This document shows positions 57,868 through 64,000 of a DNA stretch of 64,000 bases, piece after piece. Under the pieces are notes generated by a model. The model had not been told where the DNA came from. It ran no database searches and saw only the letters and a list, made by a program, of their open reading frames with translations. A program made the translations under genes and the position numbers. Each line of letters opens with the position of its first letter. Positions within the stretch are counted from its first letter, which is position 1. The DNA lies in the NCBI GenBank assembly GCA_964615995.1, contig CAZTSR010000006.1:81236-145235 (forward strand), given 5' to 3'. This stretch comes from an uncultured Bacteroidales bacterium (GTDB lineage: Bacteria; Bacteroidota; Bacteroidia; Bacteroidales; UBA10428).

Positions 57868-57917
57868 CTTCTTCCCATCCTCCTTGTCCCTTGTCCCTTC
57901 CTCCCTACTTCCCTTCC
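57868..57917. repeat. Pyrimidine tract containing CCTTGTC heptamer repeats, directly 3' of the GT2 stop
   Basis: cccttcttcccatcctccttgtcccttgtcccttcctccctacttcccttcc. It contains the same CTTGTCC unit as 4699-4744. Confidence 0.8.
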
Positions 57918-58847
57918 TTAGCGCGTGAAAAAATGCTTTGCTACCCCTATAAAACCCCTCAACCGCAGCTGAAAATATACATAATTCATGTAGTAATGAA
58001 TCATCTGAAAAGGCCTGAACCGATCCTTCATAGTGGACATGGACTGTATATCAATCTCATCATTAAAATCCAAAGCCAGACTGCTATGAATATATGTATG
58101 CAATTCCTTTGCCGACATTTGTTTGACACGAAGATATTCAGCCTTGTTCTTTAAATAAAACGCGTTAATCTGGGAATCTGACCCACGTTTGTGATCCAGG
58201 TGTATCACATTGTAACCTCCGAGAATATGGGAATAGAATCCCAGCTTAAACATGCGTTTTAGTATTTCCACATCTTCCCATCCATATGAGGTCATATTCC
58301 TGTTAAACCCACCTGCAATAAGAAATGCACTGCGTTCAAATATAACCACTCCTGATGAAACAGGATAAATTGACAATTCGGGATTTGCAATAATGCTTCG
58401 CAGCGAATGAATGACAGGTAAAGAAGAAATGTCCAGTGAATCCATAATCTTTCTTTTTGTTTCACCGCTAACATTCATAAATATGGTGTTATGCGGAAGG
58501 ATTACTTTTTTATGACCTCGTCCTAATATACGTGCGCTGCGCTGTAACGCAGCCGGACTAATAAACACATCCAGATCATATATTACAAGATACTCCCTTT
58601 CCGCAACACGCGCACCCGCATTAATGGTTCTTGACCTTGCAAATTCATGAGCATTTTCGATAAAAACATATTTAACCGAAGGAAATGAACTAAGCAAATC
58701 AGTAACCTGTCGTTGTTGGGCATTTTCAACAATTATGACTTCAGATTTCGTAAAATGCCTGAATAAATAATTCAATGTCGCCTGTAGATTCCGTAACCGG
58801 TCTTCATTGTCAATGCGAACAGGAATGATAAAAGAAAATGCTTTCAT
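57918..58847 (-). CDS. Family 2 glycosyltransferase with a beta-1,4-galactosyltransferase-like C-terminal motif
   Basis: FSFIIPVRIDNEDR, IYDLDV (DxD), and YGWEDVE (like GWGGEDDD of Glyco_transf_7C). The preferred start is MKAFS at 58847; the ORF track start is 59030. Confidence 0.65.
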   Translation of the reverse strand: MKAFSFIIPVRIDNEDRLRNLQATLNYLFRHFTKSEVIIVENAQQRQVTDLLSSFPSVKYVFIENAHEFARSRTINAGARVAEREYLVIYDLDVFISPAALQRSARILGRGHKKVILPHNTIFMNVSGETKRKIMDSLDISSLPVIHSLRSIIANPELSIYPVSSGVVIFERSAFLIAGGFNRNMTSYGWEDVEILKRMFKLGFYSHILGGYNVIHLDHKRGSDSQINAFYLKNKAEYLRVKQMSAKELHTYIHSSLALDFNDEIDIQSMSTMKDRFRPFQMIHYYMNYVYFQLRLRGFIGVAKHFFTR

Positions 58848-59158
58848 TACATCAAAATTTCTATTTAAATCCAATGTTTTTTCAAAACATCCGGAATATA
58901 AGTAAAAAACACGGGCTCCCTGTCTATTCAGATTACCAATAGCCAAAAAGCCATATCTGATAAAAATAACAAAAATCTTCAAATAACACAGAGATTTCAT
59001 AATCGATAAAATTACATCATGGTAAAACATCAGTTAATACCTGCCGTATTGTTTTGACCATCAGATAATGAACATTATTCAAATGCTGCTGTTCTGAATA
59101 TGAAACAGATAACCAACTAACTATTTCATTGTAAAAAAAACATAAAAAATAAATCTTC

Positions 59159-59860
59159 ATGAAACCCCTCAGAAAAACTTCTCTGATTTTTGGCCTTTTC
59201 TTTGCAGGGACATTCATTTTTTCAATTCCGGCCCTTTTTTTCTACAATCCCCTGTTTAAAGACAATGGCTACATGCTCCTTATCGGTTTTGACATCCGTA
59301 TATCAATGGGTGCTCTTTTTGAGATTCTTACTGCTATTTGTAATATCGCAACTGCCATTGTCATCTTTCCGGCTTTCAGGCGGGTTAGCGAATCGGTTTC
59401 ACTGGGCTATGTTGCCTCGAGAACTGTCGAATCACTTATGATTCTTTCTGGTGTTGTTAGCCTGATGTCCATCATGACATTCCGTACAGAAGTTAATCCT
59501 GCAATTGATACAAATGAGCTGCTCCTGATCAGGCAAATGTTTAAGACATTTCACGATTGGACATTTCTTCTCGGACCACAGTTTTGTTCAGGTCTTGGAA
59601 CCGGAATTCTTTTGGGTTATCTGATGTACCGCTCAGGTGCCGTTCCAGCCCGAATGGCTCTCATGGGTATGATTGGCGGCACAATGGCTTTCATCGGAGG
59701 CGTTATGGTATTATTTGACTTTCTGAAACCAATGAGTGCAGGACTTTTTGCATTCACAGCCCTGGAAATCATCTGGGAGCTTTTCATAATGAATTATGCA
59801 ATTTTCAAAGGATTCAGACCCTTATCATCGTTTGACTTAAAGACCGTGTACAATGAATAA
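59159..59860 (+). CDS. DUF4386-like membrane protein
   Basis: 233 aa with about 6 TM segments. The ALFEILTAICNIATAIVIFPAF...VASRTVES pattern is typical of DUF4386. Confidence 0.55.
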   Translation: MKPLRKTSLIFGLFFAGTFIFSIPALFFYNPLFKDNGYMLLIGFDIRISMGALFEILTAICNIATAIVIFPAFRRVSESVSLGYVASRTVESLMILSGVVSLMSIMTFRTEVNPAIDTNELLLIRQMFKTFHDWTFLLGPQFCSGLGTGILLGYLMYRSGAVPARMALMGMIGGTMAFIGGVMVLFDFLKPMSAGLFAFTALEIIWELFIMNYAIFKGFRPLSSFDLKTVYNE

Positions 59861-59886
59861 TACAGGAATGTAAACAATCCATACCC

Positions 59887-60381
59887 ATGAATGGTCATCA
59901 TATGATTACCGCTGTGATCGTTGGAATTGGGGCCACATTAATCACCGATCTGTGGAATCTGTTCCTGAGGCATAGCTTTCATATACGGTCCCTTAATTTC
60001 TGCTTCCTGGGGCGTTGGATTTTGTACATGCCGGATGGCATACTCCGGCATCACAATATCAGCGAAACGAAGCCAAAATCATTTGAATGCCTTACAGGCT
60101 GGTTGGTACATTATACCATTGGCATCTCGCTTACTGTTTTCTTCGTTATCATTGTATCAGATCATTGGCTGAAACAGCCGGCTTTTTTTCCTGCGCTCTT
60201 TTATGGTATATGCACGGTAGTATTTCCTCTTTTTATACTGCAACCTGCACTCGGATCAGGCATGGCTTCATCCAAAACAAAAAATCCCCTGCAAGCCAGA
60301 TTAAAAAGTCTCATGACGCATCTAATATTCGGGATAGGTTTATGGGTTTGCGCTCATGCCTTCACGTTTTTTTCTGCATAA
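59887..60381 (+). CDS. DUF2938-like membrane protein
   Basis: 164 aa. GATLITDLWNLF, LGRW, and GWLVHYTIG motifs. Confidence 0.55.
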   Translation: MNGHHMITAVIVGIGATLITDLWNLFLRHSFHIRSLNFCFLGRWILYMPDGILRHHNISETKPKSFECLTGWLVHYTIGISLTVFFVIIVSDHWLKQPAFFPALFYGICTVVFPLFILQPALGSGMASSKTKNPLQARLKSLMTHLIFGIGLWVCAHAFTFFSA

Positions 60382-60878
60382 TTGAATTACCCGGATAAGT
60401 TCCCTGACAATATATAATATACATATGCAGGAAAAAGCCGGCTATTAATTCAAACAGGCATCAGTTTCATGTCTTCTTGCCTCACATAAAAATTTTAAAT
60501 TGGGTATTTGGTGTTTTAAACGTCATTATCTTAATGGATAAGAACCCCTTTCAATTTATGTATAAGTGCCCTGAAAGGGTTGAACCTCATATTATTCACA
60601 AACAAATATGCCCTTCAGAGAATTACGACACCCTCTTTTAATTCTATTTGCCTTGAGGTAAGATCAATAGGTTAAAGGAATAAGGTTGTTGTATCGGGAT
60701 TTTTTGCCTGATTTGATAAATATATAAAGCGCTATCAGCTATGATAGAAAGCACACCAAAAGGTGGTTTATTATACAATAAAAGCATAAGAAGCTTACTA
60801 AACGAATCTTATAAGGACGTTATAAATAATAATTCTGACATCAATATATCCCCATTATCATTGATTTCACTTGAGTTT

Positions 60879-60910
60879 TTCTTGTCAAGATTCGCGTATG
60901 TTGACAAGAA
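60879..60910. promoter_or_regulatory. 10-bp perfect inverted repeat TTCTTGTCAA-N12-TTGACAAGAA; candidate operator
   Basis: Read directly. It lies about 70 nt upstream of the lipoprotein gene at 60981, in an AT-rich non-coding stretch. Confidence 0.3.
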
Positions 60911-60980
60911 AAAGACGCCAACCCTATATTTTTACGGGCTGAAGAACTAACTACACATTTATATTTTAAAATTAACCTTT

Positions 60981-61388
60981 ATGAAAAAAAACAAGTTACC
61001 ATTACTACATGCAATCCTTGCATTCTTTTTCATTGGATTATTATTCCAATCTTGTGACAAAGATGAAACAACATCATCTGAAGACCTTACAGTTACAATT
61101 GTTGGAAATTACCTTTTCGAATTAAGAGAAAATGAAGTCCTTACCACCTCAAATATTGCTGCTGTAATTACCAAAGTAAATAACAATACCATCCAGATAG
61201 CCATTACTGGTAGAGAAACCGTGAAAGCAACCGTAGTAAAACCTCAAACAGGTTCTTATTTTTTGATAAATGTAATAGACCAAACGGATATTACAAATGG
61301 CACGGGTGGCGATTTTGCTGGCTCTGAAATAAACGTTGATTTCACCAAATCCGGTGTAACAATTAATTACTATGGTGTAAAACAATAA
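60981..61388 (+). CDS. Small hypothetical lipoprotein
   Basis: 135 aa. The signal peptide ends in LLFQSC (lipobox). The beta-rich body carries no family motif I recognise. Confidence 0.55.
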   Translation: MKKNKLPLLHAILAFFFIGLLFQSCDKDETTSSEDLTVTIVGNYLFELRENEVLTTSNIAAVITKVNNNTIQIAITGRETVKATVVKPQTGSYFLINVIDQTDITNGTGGDFAGSEINVDFTKSGVTINYYGVKQ

Positions 61389-61536
61389 ATAATAAAACTC
61401 AGACACCTTTTGAATTATGGAATATCATTCCGTAAATCCGATTTATATAAATACCAGGGAAATGCCTTTTATCCTAAAATAATTAAATGTAACAACCCCT
61501 AACTTCTATAAATTAATACTTAACAACAAATACCAA

Positions 61537-61995
61537 ATGAAAACATACAAAATTACCGGAATAGCTATATTGCTGTTGTTTATATGGTTAAATGCCTTTT
61601 CACAAGATTCACTATTTATTTCCCCGGATGGATTTAAATGGGATATGTCAAAAGAGGAGGTTATAAAAATTAGAGGTGATGAGCCATCAACCGTAAAAGC
61701 CAACGAAATTGCATTTTCTGATATTGGACCAAATTGTTTAACAACATTTTACTTTGAAAATGATAAATTATATAAGATTGAAGAATTTCACGCTTTGGAC
61801 AAAAGTGGATATAAAAAATTCTACGAAAAATCAAAAAAACTGTTCATTGAACTTTATGGGTCAGACTTTACAACAGCCCCTGCAAGAAGCAAACAATTGA
61901 ATCGCCTTGAATGGAATAAATACGCATCCATAATAGAGATAGAAAATCTTATGGGAGAAACTATAAATATAACTTATAAACGTGATTCATTTTAA
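61537..61995 (+). CDS. Hypothetical secreted protein
   Basis: 152 aa. Signal peptide ILLLFIWLNAFSQ. I recognise no motif. Confidence 0.5.
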   Translation: MKTYKITGIAILLLFIWLNAFSQDSLFISPDGFKWDMSKEEVIKIRGDEPSTVKANEIAFSDIGPNCLTTFYFENDKLYKIEEFHALDKSGYKKFYEKSKKLFIELYGSDFTTAPARSKQLNRLEWNKYASIIEIENLMGETINITYKRDSF

Positions 61996-62145
61996 GTTAT
62001 ATCATATTATAGGATCCTGAAATTTAGTTGTAAACTCAGGTATATTCCTGGTTTTGTATATAAATTTTCAGGTGAAACGTCGGGTGATGGTTTTATAGCG
62101 ATGGTTTAAATTGTTACCAGACCAGATAAATTCAACTTAAGGTTT

Positions 62146-63231
62146 ATGAAAAAAATATTTTCAGTTTTGGTTTTAAGCATGATGGTTTGTTTGGCTTATG
62201 CACAAGAAAATCTCATTTTTGAAAAACTTAATTTCAAGGATGTACTTTGTACTGCTGAAGATGTATATTTTATTGGTAATAAAGCCACTTTGAACTGGAC
62301 TGAAAGTAAATATTCCAATTTATTTTCCGATTTTGGTAATATGAATAAAATCAACCAGGATATACCTGTAGGCGATTTTCAAATTTGCTATGACTATACT
62401 GTTATTCCAGACAAAAAGAACGCTGCCGTTGGGATGAGTTATGGTACATTTTATGAAGAATCAAAAGAATTTTTCATGTTTAGCTATATGTTAACTACCG
62501 AAGGTGATATCTTGTATTATTACAAAAAGGCTGCAAATTATTATACCAAAGTTCCGGAGAATGAATTTGTAACAGAAAAATGTGCAGCACTCAACCCCAG
62601 TCCGCTTAAGAATAGCGTTACCATCGAGCGAAAAGGGAGAATATGGACTCTTAAAGTAAATGCTGTTGTGGTAAAGACTATTGAGGAGCCAGCCTATGGC
62701 TCAGGTGATAAGCAAATTAATGAGCCTGGCGGTATATTTAAAGCCTTCAGCAATGTTTTATTGCTGAAGGGAAAACAGGAAATAGAGTTTAGTGATTGTT
62801 CTCAAAGGTTTTATGTCCTGCAAACCGATTTTGACAGGGATGTAAAATTCTTATCTAATTTTACCGGAAATTATTCATTAAAACCCCATTGTTCAATAGG
62901 CTCAGCACAGAATGGGTTTGACATTTCAGTGAGATATCTCACAGAAAACAGGCGACATATGGTCGCTATTTCTGGTATTACTTCTGATACAATAAAATAC
63001 TGTTTGACTTCAGATTTTTACAAAAAAGAGTGGAAATGTAAGCTGGATAAAGAAGATTATGTTGTTATCGACAATGAAAAATATGAAATCAAGCAGTTTT
63101 ATTTTAAGCAAATAGATAACTCAGATCAGATTATGGTTGGGGTGGAACTTTCCAATTATACGGTCGATTATTCTACAAACGCCCAATATACTTTTGATTG
63201 TACATTCTATGACTTTAAAACCATTAAATAA
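62146..63231 (+). CDS. Hypothetical secreted protein
   Basis: 361 aa. Signal peptide VLVLSMMVCLAYAQ. Several Cys residues. I recognise no motif. Confidence 0.55.
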   Translation: MKKIFSVLVLSMMVCLAYAQENLIFEKLNFKDVLCTAEDVYFIGNKATLNWTESKYSNLFSDFGNMNKINQDIPVGDFQICYDYTVIPDKKNAAVGMSYGTFYEESKEFFMFSYMLTTEGDILYYYKKAANYYTKVPENEFVTEKCAALNPSPLKNSVTIERKGRIWTLKVNAVVVKTIEEPAYGSGDKQINEPGGIFKAFSNVLLLKGKQEIEFSDCSQRFYVLQTDFDRDVKFLSNFTGNYSLKPHCSIGSAQNGFDISVRYLTENRRHMVAISGITSDTIKYCLTSDFYKKEWKCKLDKEDYVVIDNEKYEIKQFYFKQIDNSDQIMVGVELSNYTVDYSTNAQYTFDCTFYDFKTIK

Positions 63232-63305
63232 TTTGTGAATCCTTCGGAGCCAATTATGGTTTATTTTCTTAAAATTTAATTTTTTACTGCCAAGATTCTA
63301 AAGGG

Positions 63306-63995
63306 TTATATTTTTCTCGCTCTATCAATTACAAAATCACCTGGAAGTTTACCGGTTTGTTTTTTAAAGGCATTGTAAAAACAGGTACGGTTATTAAATC
63401 CGCTATCGTATGCAACAGCTTCTATAGTCAGGTTATTTTTTTTAAAATCTTTTAATAATTCAATGGCAAATTTTACTCGGTAACTATTTACAAAGTCAGG
63501 AAATGAACTTTTTAACTTGCTGTTTACGATCATCGAAATTGTTTTAGCAGGTAAACTCATTTGGCTTGACAGTTCAGCCAAAGTAAAATCAGCTTCTAAA
63601 TAGGGTTTATCTACTTCCATTAATTGTTGAATTCTGCTTTGAATTTCATCACAACTTTCATCATCAATATTAACAGATGCATATCTTCCTTTTTCACTAA
63701 CGGATATCGTTGTTTTGGTAAATATTTGAGACGAATATGCCAGTCGATAAAATATATAGATAAAAAATATTTGCCCAAATACCGGCATATACATGATTAC
63801 ATATTCAATACCAAATGAAAATGCAAACGGTACAAATGCCAATAGCTGTAAAACACACAATACCCATAACACTTCCTTTATTATTTTTCGATACGTAGCT
63901 ATTTCTCCGGGTTTCTCTTTCCCATAATACTCCCAAACCAATAAATAAATATTTGAAACCACAGAATACACGCATATAACGATATTGAAAAGCAC
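63306..63995 (-). CDS. Membrane-anchored AraC/XylS-family transcriptional regulator (N-terminus probably cut by the window edge)
   Basis: The C-terminal LAELSSQMSLPAKTISMIVN...GFNNRTCFYNAFKKQTGKLPGDF forms a double HTH_AraC domain. The N-terminal part has at least 3 TM helices. Confidence 0.75.
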   Translation of the reverse strand: MLFNIVICVYSVVSNIYLLVWEYYGKEKPGEIATYRKIIKEVLWVLCVLQLLAFVPFAFSFGIEYVIMYMPVFGQIFFIYIFYRLAYSSQIFTKTTISVSEKGRYASVNIDDESCDEIQSRIQQLMEVDKPYLEADFTLAELSSQMSLPAKTISMIVNSKLKSSFPDFVNSYRVKFAIELLKDFKKNNLTIEAVAYDSGFNNRTCFYNAFKKQTGKLPGDFVIDRARKI

Positions 63996-64000
63996 TCCAA

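Noticed and set aside
60741-60950. A 69-aa plus-strand ORF lies in the AT-rich gap upstream of the lipoprotein gene.
   Set aside because: The sequence is low-complexity and AT-driven (N/K/I/S-rich), with no signal peptide or motif. It contains the inverted repeat, which is better explained as regulatory DNA.
1-64000. I searched for tRNA, rRNA, transposase/integrase, toxin-antitoxin, restriction-modification and known defence-system genes.
   Set aside because: No T-loop-like GGTTCGAATCC-type sequences, rRNA segments, DDE or tyrosine recombinase motifs, or nuclease/helicase defence signatures were seen in any ORF translation or gap.

Overview
The window looks like a chromosomal segment of a Bacteroidota genome. 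Supporting signs are TAnnTTTG-type promoter boxes, a 287-aa sigma-A without region 1.1, a T9SS C-terminal sorting domain, a Rho with a long N-terminal insertion, an S46 peptidase and DUF4199/DUF3857 families. The presence of nifJ and an Fe-ADH suggests an anaerobe or facultative anaerobe. Most of the window is tightly packed housekeeping DNA:
- purU (3' end), then hisH-hisA-hisF-hisE.
- A long minus-strand gene string: kdsC, UbiA prenyltransferase, maf, S46 peptidase, ABM, Fe-ADH.
- An ilvD-ilvB-ilvN-ilvC operon, for which I predict an Ile/Val/Leu-rich leader peptide and an attenuator.
- Further along: aconitase, miaA, def, ruvX, nifJ (PFOR), rho, rpoD, rpe, tsaC and comEC.
- An unannotated small SRP RNA (ffs) with its own promoter at about 24.65-24.75 kb.

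The accessory-looking parts are:
1. A minus-strand envelope-glycan cluster at 26.4-34.8 kb. It encodes GDP-D-glycero-alpha-D-manno-heptose synthesis (GmhA, HddA and an HddC-GmhB-P-loop kinase triple fusion), a membrane GT2, and two AT-rich DUF3857/transglutaminase-like paralogs of which only one keeps the catalytic Cys.
2. A divergent pair at 11.3-14.9 kb: a GT-C membrane glycosyltransferase and a methyltransferase-GT2 fusion.
3. An AT-rich block at 60.4-64 kb with three signal-peptide orphan proteins and a membrane AraC regulator.
4. A T9SS cargo protein built of MopE-like Cys/Asp repeats.

The most unusual DNA-level signal is a small vocabulary of 7-8 nt tandem arrays (CCGATTAC, TTGATTGG/TTGTTGAT, CTTGTCC/TTGTCAC). 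They recur in both orientations at four separate loci, each starting right after a stop codon. At one locus they form a 53-nt near-perfect palindrome. I found no CRISPR array, tRNA, rRNA, transposase or recognisable defence system. All calls come from reading the sequence and ORF translations by eye, with no database search.
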